Shown here piece by piece: positions 50,183 through 59,774 of a stretch of DNA of 64,000 nt; position 1 is the first letter of the stretch, and each line of letters opens with the position of its first letter. Both the position numbers and the translations under genes were made by a program. The notes beneath the pieces were generated by a model. The model saw only the letters and a list, made by a program, of their open reading frames with translations. It was not told the DNA's origin and did not search any database. The stretch covers positions 19,268 through 83,267 of the forward strand of contig CAYMDO010000002.1 of assembly GCA_964389365.1 (NCBI GenBank). Direction: 5' to 3'. This stretch comes from an uncultured Syntrophomonadaceae bacterium (GTDB lineage Bacteria > Bacillota > Dethiobacteria > DTU022).

Positions 50183-51073
50183 ATGAAGGTTTTAATGTGT
50201 GTACCGAATATCAGCGAAGGCAAAAACCTGGCGCTAATCGAAAACATAGCCTTGGCAATAAAAGAGACCGGTCAGGTCAAACTGCTTGAGGTTGCTTCAG
50301 ACAAAGATCATAACCGCTCAGTATTCGGTTACTTAGGCGGTCCGGCGGCTGTGCTGGAGGCGACAAAAAAGCTAACCGAACTGGCGCTGGAAGGTATTGA
50401 CATGAGAGCGCACCATGGCGATCACCCCCGGATGGGCGCGGTGGACGTGGTGCCGTTTATCCCGATAAAAGATATCAGCAGCGAAGAAGCCCTGCTGGCA
50501 GCTGCCGAATTCGGAGATTATCTGGGCGGGAAAGGGGTACCGGTCTATTTTTACGAGGATGCGGCTTCGAAAGCCGAACGTAAAAGCCTGGCTGATATCC
50601 GCAAAGGCCAGTACGAAGCGCTGGAAGAAAAGCTGAAAGATGAAAGGTGGAAGCCTGACCGCGGGCCGGCCCTGTTTCACCCAAAAGCGGGGGCAACTGC
50701 CGTCGGGGTAAGGTTTCCCCTGATTGCCTTTAACGTTAACCTTAACACTGCCAATATGGAGGTAGCCGATAAGATTGCCAGGAGCGTCCGCCACTTAAGC
50801 GGCGGCTACCGTTACGTGAGGGCTATCGGGGTTAACCTGGCCGAGCTGGGCCAGGTCCAGGTGTCAATGAACCTGACCAATTATTCAAAGACCCCGATCC
50901 ACCGTGTGTTGGAAACAATACGCTCGGAGGCGGCAAGATACGGGGTAACTGTAGCGGCAACGGAGTTTGTCGGGCCGGTACCTTTTAATGCCCTGGAAGA
51001 ACTGGTTCGTTTTTACCTGCAGGCCCATAGTTTTACCGCGGGCCAGGTTATTGAAATGAACCTGCTTGACTGA
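50183..51073 (+). CDS. ftcD: glutamate formimidoyltransferase (formiminotransferase domain)
   Basis: MKVLMCVPNISEGKN N-terminus typical of FtcD; about 296 aa. Confidence 0.75.
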   Translation: MKVLMCVPNISEGKNLALIENIALAIKETGQVKLLEVASDKDHNRSVFGYLGGPAAVLEATKKLTELALEGIDMRAHHGDHPRMGAVDVVPFIPIKDISSEEALLAAAEFGDYLGGKGVPVYFYEDAASKAERKSLADIRKGQYEALEEKLKDERWKPDRGPALFHPKAGATAVGVRFPLIAFNVNLNTANMEVADKIARSVRHLSGGYRYVRAIGVNLAELGQVQVSMNLTNYSKTPIHRVLETIRSEAARYGVTVAATEFVGPVPFNALEELVRFYLQAHSFTAGQVIEMNLLD

Positions 51074-51193
51074 CTTATATGCCGCCAGGTTATTTTTTGG
51101 TGGGAAGAAGTTCGAAGCGCCAAATCTTCATTGATCGCGCGGTTCTTTACATCTGCAGAAAAAGACGTTATAATGATGAGGCGAAAAAGAACA

Positions 51194-51269
51194 GGGGCGA
51201 ATAGCTCAGCGGGGGAGCACCTGCCTTACAAGCAGGGGGCCGTAGGTTCAAATCCTACTTCGCCCACCA
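51194..51269 (+). tRNA. tRNA-Val (anticodon TAC), CCA encoded
   Basis: GGGGCGAAUAGCUCAGCGGGGGAGCA ... anticodon loop CUUACAA ... GGUUCAAAUCC ... CCA. Confidence 0.85.
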
Positions 51270-51285
51270 TTGAAACACGATAAAT

Positions 51286-51320
51286 AAAGGGCTTTAGGGC
51301 CCTTTATTTATTTTTTATTT
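51286..51320 (+). terminator. rho-independent terminator after tRNA-Val
   Basis: AAAGGGC-tttagg-GCCCTTT hairpin then a T-rich run. Confidence 0.6.
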
Positions 51321-51321
51321 G

Positions 51322-51560
51322 GTGCGCCCGGCATGGGCGTTAGCTTGGCGGTGAAAGTCCGCTGTGGGCTTGGCAGTGGGAACCACTAGCTGACGGCAAG
51401 GGTGTCCGCCGTGAGGCGGAATCTGAAGGAAGCCTAAGGCAAAATCCCGGCCCGATGAACAAGAACCGCATACAAGGCTGAACAGGGGTGGACGAGTTTG
51501 CCAAACAAAACGAAGTCCGACACTGCCCGGCGGGTTGCTTGATTATGCTATAAAAGTCAA
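51322..51560 (+). mobile_element. group II intron 5' fragment (domain I start), apparently truncated
   Basis: Begins GTGCGCCCGGCATGGGCGTTAGC immediately after the terminator T-run. This is near-identical in pattern to the Ll.LtrB 5' end GTGCGCCCAGATAGGGTGTTAAG. No domain V or intact RT ORF was found downstream. Confidence 0.5.
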
Positions 51561-51919
51561 AGCTACTGTCAGAAAAAAAGTGTTGTTTGAAATTGACCTC
51601 TTAATGGAAGGCGCTTTTAAAAGCGAAACCCTGGGTAAAGAGGATTTTAAAAATATGGTTGAAATAAATGGTTTAATTACTTTATCCCATATTTCTCGCG
51701 CTTATATTATTAGTGTAACAGCGCAATCAGGAATCAATCCGCCGGTCAGAGTGCCAATGCTAAATATCAATAAGCTGATTGGGCAGAAGAAAACGAATTA
51801 CAAGAGCTAAGATAAGTTTTTACATGGGCCGGCGATTGCTGATTGCATGCAAAGTTAAGCATAAAGAAACCGGGCACGACCAGACTCTTAAGTATTCGGC
51901 ATCGGTGAACATCTCCTCT

Positions 51920-52050
51920 TAAAATACTACCAAAGGCATAAAGGTGTCCACCAAACTGGGTCATGTCCGCAACGAGGTTGAAAGCGCCTTCGGCGCAACA
52001 AAAAGATGTTACGGGTTAAACCTGATTAGGCTTTCGTTCAGAAAGCCCTA
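51920..52050 (+). pseudogene. DDE transposase C-terminal remnant
   Basis: Frame translation ...TKLGHVRNEVESAFGATKRCYGLNLIRLSFRKP* matches the C-terminal R..VE..F...K...GL...R motif of IS4/IS5/IS1182-type transposases. The surrounding ~1 kb lacks intact ORFs. Confidence 0.35.
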
Positions 52051-52496
52051 ATTATTTAAGTTCTTTCTTAAAATGCTCGGCCACCTCTTACAGCATGCGT
52101 AAAGATTTTGCAACCGTTTCTTCCCCGTCGAAATTAACCAGGCAACAGCGGGCCAGGACATCCAGAGAGAGCACATCCAGTTCTAATTAATGGCTTCTTC
52201 CACATCGGTGTGGGGCATTATGCCCATGGCCGTTGTTTGGCAGTTCTCTTCCAGCTTCAAGTAAGATCACCCCGGTTCATTTAATTGGCAAACAGTTCTC
52301 GATCGGCGGTAAAAGAACCTGCCTCAAAATAATCGTTCTGATTGCCTTAATGAAACGGATATGATACTTTTGGGTTGTTAATACAACAATCTTGCGTTAA
52401 AAAAACGGTATAAAACCGGTTAAGCCCTGCTATTTCCATCACATGCCGTTTTTTGGCAGCCAGGTGTAAAAAATAACTGAAGTTCAGAGGGTTGAA

Positions 52497-53417
52497 ATGA
52501 AAACCAGTTTTGCGCTGCTGTTGCTGCTTATCTTGCTGCCGGTTGTTATGGCAGGCTGCAATAGTGCAGAAAAACCGGATATTTATGCTGACGAACCGAT
52601 CAGAATCGTAACCACAATCTTCCCCCTGGCCGATTTGATCGGAAAGTTGGGCGGCGACCAGGTTGAAGTCAGCTACCTGCTTCCAAGCGGGGCCAGCCCT
52701 CATACTTTCGAACCAACAACCGAGCAGGCTCGCCTGGTTGCCAAAGCGAGGCTGTTTGTTTATATCGGGGCCGGCCTCGATAATTGGGCGGTAGAATTGA
52801 CGAAAACCGGAAACAAAGATCTGGCAGTCATGGAACTGGCCGGTCTTGTAACCCTAGCTGAAGGTTATGGCTGTAACAATCAGGATCATGACCACGAAGC
52901 GGGAGCCGATCCCCATTTTTGGCTTGACCCCATCCTGGTCAGCAGTCAGCTGCTGCCGGGTATTTATGACCAGCTGTGCCTGATTGCGCCTGAGAAACGG
53001 CCTTTATTCCGTGAAAACCTGATCAACATGCAAGCGGAGCTGACCGTTTTGAACCGGGAAATTGAAGTTCAGCTTGGAGCCTCTGGCAGGAAGGATTTTA
53101 TTGCATTCCATTCTGCCTGGCACTATTTTGCTGCCCGATACGGATTAAATGAGCTGGCGGTGATAGCCTCTTTTCCGGGGCAGGAGCCCTCGGCCGGCTG
53201 GATTGCTGAACTGATCAATATCGTCAGGGAAAATGATGTGGGGGCAATCCTGGTTGAACCGCAGTTTTCTCAACAACTGGCCACCGCTGTTGCTGCTGAA
53301 ACGGGGATCAAGGTGCTAACAGTGGATCCGCTCGGTGGGGAGGACCTGCCCGGCCGGGATTCATATCTAAACCTGATGCGCTATAACATGAAAATATTCA
53401 GTGAAGCCCTGCAGTAA
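52497..53417 (+). CDS. metal (Zn/Mn) ABC transporter substrate-binding lipoprotein, ZnuA/TroA family
   Basis: Lipobox LPVVMAGC and a His/Asp-rich loop QDHDHEAGADPHFWLDP. Confidence 0.75.
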   Translation: MKTSFALLLLLILLPVVMAGCNSAEKPDIYADEPIRIVTTIFPLADLIGKLGGDQVEVSYLLPSGASPHTFEPTTEQARLVAKARLFVYIGAGLDNWAVELTKTGNKDLAVMELAGLVTLAEGYGCNNQDHDHEAGADPHFWLDPILVSSQLLPGIYDQLCLIAPEKRPLFRENLINMQAELTVLNREIEVQLGASGRKDFIAFHSAWHYFAARYGLNELAVIASFPGQEPSAGWIAELINIVRENDVGAILVEPQFSQQLATAVAAETGIKVLTVDPLGGEDLPGRDSYLNLMRYNMKIFSEALQ

Positions 53418-53436
53418 AAAAAGAGAGGTTTTATTT

Positions 53437-54204
53437 GTGGAGCCGGTGATCAGCAGTCAAAACCTGGCGGTCAGGCTGGGGGGCAAAAAGGTCCTTGAGG
53501 ATATATCATTTGTTGTTAATCCGGGGCAGTTGGCAGGAATCATCGGCCCGAACGGGGCCGGGAAAACAACCCTGCTCAGGGCGATCCTGGGCCTGGTTCC
53601 GATCAGCGCCGGAGAGCTGGCAGTGCTGGGGTATCCGGCAGGCCGGATCAACAGCCAGCGGGGCAGGATTGGTTATATGCCTCAGCGCCTGTTGTTTGAA
53701 AGGCATTTCCCCCTTTCGGTTGGCGATGCGGTGGCCGCCGGGTTATTAACCCGTTCAACAATTATGAAACGGATCGGGGACATTGATCAAAAGGTAATGG
53801 CAGCCCTGACTTTTGTTGGCATGGAACAGTACCGCCTGTGCCCGTTCCAGGAACTTTCAGGCGGCCAGCAGCAGCGGGTTTTATTGGCCCGCTCTTTGGC
53901 ACGGAAACCGGAGCTGCTGCTACTGGATGAACCCAATGCCGGCCTTGATTTTCCATCCCAGAAGAAGTTTATTGACCTGCTGCAGCAGCTGCGTCAACGG
54001 CATAACCTGACAGTAATAATGGTTTCGCATGACCTGGTATCGGTTGCTGCGATTGCTGACTCACTGATTTGCATAGATCGCCGGATGCACCTTCACGGCA
54101 AACCCGGCGAGGTGCTGCACAGCCATGAACTGCTTGATGCTTATCGTTGTGAATTTGACTACTTAAGCATTGCTTTTCGGCAGGGGGAGGGAAAAAATGA
54201 GTGA
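53437..54204 (+). CDS. metal ABC transporter ATP-binding protein (ZnuC-like)
   Basis: GPNGAGKTT, LSGGQQQRV and LLLDEPNAGLD motifs. GTG start after an AGAGAGG RBS. Confidence 0.8.
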   Translation: MEPVISSQNLAVRLGGKKVLEDISFVVNPGQLAGIIGPNGAGKTTLLRAILGLVPISAGELAVLGYPAGRINSQRGRIGYMPQRLLFERHFPLSVGDAVAAGLLTRSTIMKRIGDIDQKVMAALTFVGMEQYRLCPFQELSGGQQQRVLLARSLARKPELLLLDEPNAGLDFPSQKKFIDLLQQLRQRHNLTVIMVSHDLVSVAAIADSLICIDRRMHLHGKPGEVLHSHELLDAYRCEFDYLSIAFRQGEGKNE

Positions 54205-55036
54205 GCTTTTCTCCTACGGTTTCATGCTTCGCGCCCTGGCCGCCGCTGTTTTAGTCGGTTTGATCTGTTCGTTTCTCTCTTTTTTCGTGGTTTTAAAAAG
54301 GCTTTCCTTTTTGGGAGCCGGAATATCCCATATTGCTCTGGGCGGGATGGCTATCGGCCTGGTTACAGGTATAAACCCCGTTATAACCGGTTCTGCCTTT
54401 GCAGTTGGTGCAGCGGTTTCAACGGGTTACATCAGTAAAATTGTTAAAGCAAGCGAAGATACGATTATCGGGATCTTATATGCCTTTGGCATGGCTTTGG
54501 GGATAGCCCTGATCAGCACCTTTAAAGGTTACTATCCCGAGCTGTTTTCGCTGCTTTTCGGCAATATCCTGTCTGTGTCAAATCAGGATCTATTATTGAT
54601 CGCTTCAGCCGGTGCCGTAATTATCCTTTTTTTGCTGTTGTTTTTTAAGGAGCTGCTGGCGATCTGCTTTGATGAGGAGATGTCTTTTTCCGGCGGCCTG
54701 CCAGTCAACCTGCTTTACATGGGCCTGCTGGCAGCAATCGGCTTAGCGGTGATGATTTCAGTTCAACTGGCAGGTGTTGTCCTTGTTGCTGCGCTGGTTG
54801 TAATTCCCGGTGCCGCCGGTTTCCGCCTTTGCACCAATTACCGGGGCATGCTTGCCTTATCGCTGGCCACAGGGTTATCCGGCAGCCTGGGCGGGCTGCT
54901 AATATCCTACTATTATCCAATCCCGCCGGGAGCAGCGATTGTCCTGCTGATGACCGCGCTGTATATCCTGGCTCTGGTTATAAGGCCGTTTCTTTATAAG
55001 ATGCGCAGCGAAGGCGAGGTAAACGAGGATTATTAA
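54197..55036 (+). CDS. metal ABC transporter permease (ZnuB-like)
   Basis: About 280 aa polytopic, in an operon with the preceding two genes. Confidence 0.75.
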   Translation: MSELFSYGFMLRALAAAVLVGLICSFLSFFVVLKRLSFLGAGISHIALGGMAIGLVTGINPVITGSAFAVGAAVSTGYISKIVKASEDTIIGILYAFGMALGIALISTFKGYYPELFSLLFGNILSVSNQDLLLIASAGAVIILFLLLFFKELLAICFDEEMSFSGGLPVNLLYMGLLAAIGLAVMISVQLAGVVLVAALVVIPGAAGFRLCTNYRGMLALSLATGLSGSLGGLLISYYYPIPPGAAIVLLMTALYILALVIRPFLYKMRSEGEVNEDY

Positions 55037-55095
55037 GGAAACGGGCAGCCATAGCCATCTTCATTTTTTCTGCAGCAGATGCGGTAAAATGGAGG

Positions 55096-57591
55096 CTAGG
55101 CCAGCAGGCTAAGCAATATCTGGACCAGTTCCGGATCAAATTGTTTGCCCGAACAAGCTTTGAATTCGGCGATGATTTCTTCACGGGTCAGCGCTTTTTT
55201 GTAAGGGCGGCCGTTACCCATTACTTCGAAGGCATCGGCCACCGCTGTTATCCTGGCCAGCAGTGGAATATTTTTGCCGCTTAATCCGCGTGGGTAGCCG
55301 AGGCCGTCGTAACGTTCGTGATGGCTGAAGATATCTTCGGCAACATGGGCAAATTCCTCGGTGGACATGGCTATCCGGTATCCAGTCTCGGGATGCCTTT
55401 TAATAATTTCCCATTCTTCACCGGTTAAAGGGCCCTCCTTCGTTAGAATCTCCTCCGGCAGGTTAATTTTACCGATATCGTGCAATGTGATCAGCATTAT
55501 CAGGCGGTTGATTTCTGAATCGGGCAGGCCGAACTTACTGCCGATTTTAGCCGCTATCTCCTGCATGTTGCGGGTATGGGTTTCTGTTTCGAAACTTTTT
55601 GCCGCCAGGGTTTTAAGCAGCGCCCCCAGCACCGCACTCTTGGTGCTCCTGCTTTCGGTAAGTTTTTGTTTGTACATCTTATCTTCGGCTGCTTTCAACA
55701 ATCCGATAACAGTTTTTGACAGATCATTTCTGGTCGCTGAGCCAAGTGCCAACGATAACGGAAAATCATTAATATATACTTTTTCACAGCCTTTGCCGAT
55801 CCGCATTTTAATCATTTCCGCTTCTGCTTTGCTGGTTTGCGGCAGTAAAATCACAAATTCATCTCCGCCCCAGCGGGCAACGATATCTTCACTGCGACAA
55901 TATTCCCTGATTATATCTGCGGCTTTGCGCAGCAACTGATCGCCTACCAGGTGGCCGTAAGTATCATTGATCAGTTTAAGCCCGTTCACATCGGCCAGTA
56001 TAATACTCAGCGGAAGCTGTCTTTCAGTATCAAGCCTGCTTAGTTCTTCTTCGAAAGAGTACCGGTTGTATAGGCCGGTCAGCTGATCGTGGAAGCTCAT
56101 GTAGCGGACTTTTTCCTCCGCTATTTTACGCTGGGTGATATCTTCAACCATACCGATCCCGCCTTCTGCGCTGCTGCTGTTTGTTCCGGTCGGTTTCAGC
56201 GGGGCGAATACTGCGCGAACCGGGGTTACTTTATCTACAATTATCGAGTGGTAATTGTCTTCGTAGATTGCAATTTTGCCTTGCAACGACATCTTAACGG
56301 CACTGACTACGTTTTGGTCCGGCAGTGTGAGCATATCAACGCCGATCAGGTCCTGGCGCGATGAACCGATGATCTGCACAAACTGATCGTTGCAGTCAGT
56401 AATTACCCCGTTGCTGTTATAGTGGAGGATACCGATTGGCGATCGCTCAAAAATCAGGCGGTATTTTTCTTCGCTTTCGCGGATTGCCTTTTCCGCCCGG
56501 GCGATATTACTGATATCGGCTATTACAGCCAGGCTGCCGCTGTGCTTTCCGGTCAGTTTATCGTAATGGGGGCTGGCGCTGATTTGGACCGGAACTGCGG
56601 ACCCGTCTTTGTGCATCAGCCTTAAACTGTGGCGCCCGAATATCCCTGCGGACTGATTCGCGCCAGTTTCTTTTGCAGCGGCCCGTTCAGCATCAAAAAT
56701 AAATTCAAGCCAGCTGCGGCCGATCATTTCTCCTTCGCCGCAGCCCAGCATTTTTTCCATGGCCGGGTTTGCGTATTCGATGATACCTGATTGATCATAG
56801 ACGATGATCCCTTCATCAGCATTCCTTACTATGCTTTCATTAAAATCTTTGAGCGCTTGCAGTTCCAGGCGGTTCTGCTGGATGATCTGCCTGTTTTTAT
56901 AAAGAATAATCATTGAGGCGAGCAGCAGGAAAGCGATTATTGTCATCCCAATCTGCGGGACGGAACGTGCTGCTACTTCGCTGCCCCAGTCACCGGCATC
57001 GATATCCATACCGATTATGGCCAAAACCTCATTGTTTTCGGGATCAACAATTGGCGCCAACGGGGAAACCCAAACCCCCCACTCATCGGTCACCGGTCCT
57101 TCTACTGATGGTTTGCCGCTGGCAAATACCTGCAGCAGCTCTTCCGAGGCTTCATAGAAGGTATCGCCGGGGGCCGAGTAATCTTCCGAATCGGGAGGTT
57201 CGTTGTCAGCTAAAAAAATAACCCTGCCGTCGGGTTCCAGCCGCATCAGGTATGCGAAACGAATTCTTTCGTCAACTCCTCTTATGTCGGAGAGCAGCTG
57301 TTTTAACTCCAGGTAATTTATGTTTTGCAAATCTTTTTCACAGCCGCTGAGCGACTTTATGTAATCAATATTGATAATAGGCACTACCATCTCAAGCTGC
57401 TTGAGAACATCTTTCCTCATTCTGAGGTTGACGTGGTAAACGGTAAGCCAGGAGGCGGTAAAACCGGCTAAAATCAACAAAACAATTAGCAATAGAACAC
57501 GCCAGGTGATCTGGTTTTTTTGCAGCAACGCATGCATTGCCTGCAACCTGCTTTTGTGGTGCATTCTGCGCTTGAGGCCGACCGCAATCAC
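55096..57591 (-). CDS. membrane sensor protein PAS-PAS-GGDEF-HD-GYP (c-di-GMP synthesis/hydrolysis)
   Basis: N-terminal TM and extracytoplasmic region, then two PAS domains. GGDEF domain carries RWGGDEF and HD-GYP domain carries HHERYDGLGYP. Confidence 0.8.
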   Translation of the reverse strand: MIAVGLKRRMHHKSRLQAMHALLQKNQITWRVLLLIVLLILAGFTASWLTVYHVNLRMRKDVLKQLEMVVPIINIDYIKSLSGCEKDLQNINYLELKQLLSDIRGVDERIRFAYLMRLEPDGRVIFLADNEPPDSEDYSAPGDTFYEASEELLQVFASGKPSVEGPVTDEWGVWVSPLAPIVDPENNEVLAIIGMDIDAGDWGSEVAARSVPQIGMTIIAFLLLASMIILYKNRQIIQQNRLELQALKDFNESIVRNADEGIIVYDQSGIIEYANPAMEKMLGCGEGEMIGRSWLEFIFDAERAAAKETGANQSAGIFGRHSLRLMHKDGSAVPVQISASPHYDKLTGKHSGSLAVIADISNIARAEKAIRESEEKYRLIFERSPIGILHYNSNGVITDCNDQFVQIIGSSRQDLIGVDMLTLPDQNVVSAVKMSLQGKIAIYEDNYHSIIVDKVTPVRAVFAPLKPTGTNSSSAEGGIGMVEDITQRKIAEEKVRYMSFHDQLTGLYNRYSFEEELSRLDTERQLPLSIILADVNGLKLINDTYGHLVGDQLLRKAADIIREYCRSEDIVARWGGDEFVILLPQTSKAEAEMIKMRIGKGCEKVYINDFPLSLALGSATRNDLSKTVIGLLKAAEDKMYKQKLTESRSTKSAVLGALLKTLAAKSFETETHTRNMQEIAAKIGSKFGLPDSEINRLIMLITLHDIGKINLPEEILTKEGPLTGEEWEIIKRHPETGYRIAMSTEEFAHVAEDIFSHHERYDGLGYPRGLSGKNIPLLARITAVADAFEVMGNGRPYKKALTREEIIAEFKACSGKQFDPELVQILLSLLA

Positions 57592-57887
57592 CTCTTTTCC
57601 CGGAAACCAGGCTGGAAAACCAGGGCTGCTTTTTTACTATTTAGAATATTCGCGGCGTATCTGATTATTCCTTCACACGAAAAATATGTTATAGCCGGTA
57701 CCGTAAGTTTATAGCGGCTATATTCCTCAGGCCGTGATAAGAGGCCGGGGCAGTATTGCCTTAACCCCCGTATCCGGATATAATGGCCCTGTAACCAGTT
57801 GACTGGCATCTGCCGCAGATGCCACAGTGGCCTTGACTAAATTGCTTATATATAGTATTTATCAACCGGATAAGTGGAGGCGGTAAG

Positions 57888-58829
57888 ATGGCAATAGCAA
57901 AGATAGTGGTAGCCCTGGGCGGCAACGCCCTGCAGAGCAAGGGAGCGCCGGCAACAGCCGATGCTCAGCTTGAGGTGGTTAAAAAAACAGTGGAGTACAT
58001 TGCCGAAATGAGCAAACTGGATTACGAGCTGGCGATAGTACACGGCAACGGGCCCCAGGTCGGCAACATCGTGCTGGCCAGCGAAGCTGCAGCGGATATT
58101 GTACCGGCCATGCCTTTTGATGTATGCGGGGCTATGAGCCAGGGCTATATCGGTTACCACATACAACAGGCTTTGCGGCATGCCCTGCAGAAAAAAAACC
58201 GGAACGTGCCGGTCGTGACAATTGTAACCCAGGTTGTTGTGGATGAAAACGATCCCGCCTTTAATAACCCAACCAAGCCGATTGGCCCGTTTTACAGTGA
58301 AGAGGAAGCGAAACAGATAGAGGATGAAAAAGGCTATATTATGAAAGAAGATTCCGGCCGCGGCTGGCGCAGGGTGGTAGCCTCGCCGATGCCCAAGCGG
58401 ATTGTTGAGTTTTCCTGCCTGAAAGAGCTTTGGGATACCACGATTGTCATAACTGCCGGGGGTGGGGGAATCCCGGTTGTTGAGAATAAAGACGGTTCCC
58501 TGCGCGGCGTGGCCGCGGTGATCGACAAAGATCTGGCTGCAGCCCGCCTGGCTGATGATATCGAGGCCGATATCCTGATGATCCTGACAGAAGTGGAGAA
58601 GGTATCGCTTAATTTCAACAAGCCTGACCAAAAAGATCTGGGCCAAATCAGCGTGGATGAAGCAAAGCAGTACATCGCCGAAGGCCATTTTGCCCCGGGC
58701 AGCATGCTGCCTAAGGTGCAGGCAGCTGTGAACTTTGTCAAGGATAACCCGGGCAAAAAAGCTATTATTACTTCGCTCTATAAAGCGCTGGAAGCGCTGG
58801 AAGGTAAAACCGGGACGGTTATCAGCTAA
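57888..58829 (+). CDS. arcC: carbamate kinase
   Basis: IVVALGGNAL N-terminus and 313 aa length are typical. Confidence 0.8.
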   Translation: MAIAKIVVALGGNALQSKGAPATADAQLEVVKKTVEYIAEMSKLDYELAIVHGNGPQVGNIVLASEAAADIVPAMPFDVCGAMSQGYIGYHIQQALRHALQKKNRNVPVVTIVTQVVVDENDPAFNNPTKPIGPFYSEEEAKQIEDEKGYIMKEDSGRGWRRVVASPMPKRIVEFSCLKELWDTTIVITAGGGGIPVVENKDGSLRGVAAVIDKDLAAARLADDIEADILMILTEVEKVSLNFNKPDQKDLGQISVDEAKQYIAEGHFAPGSMLPKVQAAVNFVKDNPGKKAIITSLYKALEALEGKTGTVIS

Positions 58830-59011
58830 GAAAAAAGGGGGGAAGGTGATACCGGGCGCTACCTGAAGCAGGGTCGTTTTGTCTGCCCCCGGTATTGGCT
58901 GGCATCTTTGTTATTTTTATAGTAGAATGGATTGGAAGCCAAAAAAAGGACAGTGCAGATAAGCTTGCCGCTTAACAGCAGATCGGTTTTTCAGCGAGTT
59001 ATGAGGAGGTT

Positions 59012-59677
59012 ATGATTTTGAAGAAAGCCAGTAAACCGGTAACGATTCTGTTTGTTATATTGATCGTTTTTGCGGTTCTTTTTCAGGGGTCGGCTGTTTT
59101 TGCCGCCACCCGTTTCCAGGAGGTTATGACCCGTTTTACCAATATCTTTACCCATACCGGAAGGGTGGAGCATGAACACAGCTATACCTTCGACGGCGGT
59201 TTGGCAGCCTTTTTCGCCGCCGGGATGGGTTCGGCAAGCGGGGTGCACGATGGTTGGTCTATAGCTGCCAAAGTTACACCTGCCGATGCAGTTTACAACA
59301 ATTACCGATATGTAAGCAGTTATGGTTATTTCCACGGCGCAACCGCCCGCGATGCTTTGCCGGGTCAGTATTTACGGATCATCAGCGGCACTTCAATCCA
59401 AAACTGGCATAGCAACCAGATCGGTGTAATGCCCAAGCCGGGCGAAAAGGGCTACGTCAGCGAAACGGTCTCTTCAAGTTATGAAAAGCGAGATCAGGAA
59501 AACTATTTCTACCTGCGCCACAGCAGCGACGCCGGGACCAGTGACGGTATAACCAGGATTTCCAAGGAAACCAACGGGTCCAAAACAACTGTTAATGTTG
59601 ACGGTTATTCCCAAGTCATGGAAACCTATATCGAAGATAGCGGCGGCAGCAAAGTTGGCTGGTGGAGCCTGCCTTAA
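59012..59677 (+). CDS. secreted hypothetical protein
   Basis: Signal peptide ending in AVFAA. No recognised domain. Confidence 0.45.
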   Translation: MILKKASKPVTILFVILIVFAVLFQGSAVFAATRFQEVMTRFTNIFTHTGRVEHEHSYTFDGGLAAFFAAGMGSASGVHDGWSIAAKVTPADAVYNNYRYVSSYGYFHGATARDALPGQYLRIISGTSIQNWHSNQIGVMPKPGEKGYVSETVSSSYEKRDQENYFYLRHSSDAGTSDGITRISKETNGSKTTVNVDGYSQVMETYIEDSGGSKVGWWSLP

Positions 59678-59774
59678 GCTGATCATATAAGCTAAATTAA
59701 ATGATTTAAGGCTTTCCGGGCACCCGCTGAATTTGGTTCAGGGGTGCCTTACCTTATACGGAGTGGTTGCTGTA

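Noticed and set aside
51322-51560. Structured-RNA candidate considered as RNase P RNA or cobalamin riboswitch because of GGTGAAAGTCCGC and GGCAAGGGTGTCCGCCGTGAGGCGG words
   Set aside because: It is too short for RNase P and lacks the B12 box (GCCACTG). The 5' GTGCGCCC..GGGCGTTAGC start right after a terminator fits a group II intron 5' end better.
51535-51810. 91-aa ORF downstream of intron fragment as possible intron-encoded protein
   Set aside because: No RT/maturase motifs. Likely degenerate sequence between the intron fragment and the transposase remnant.
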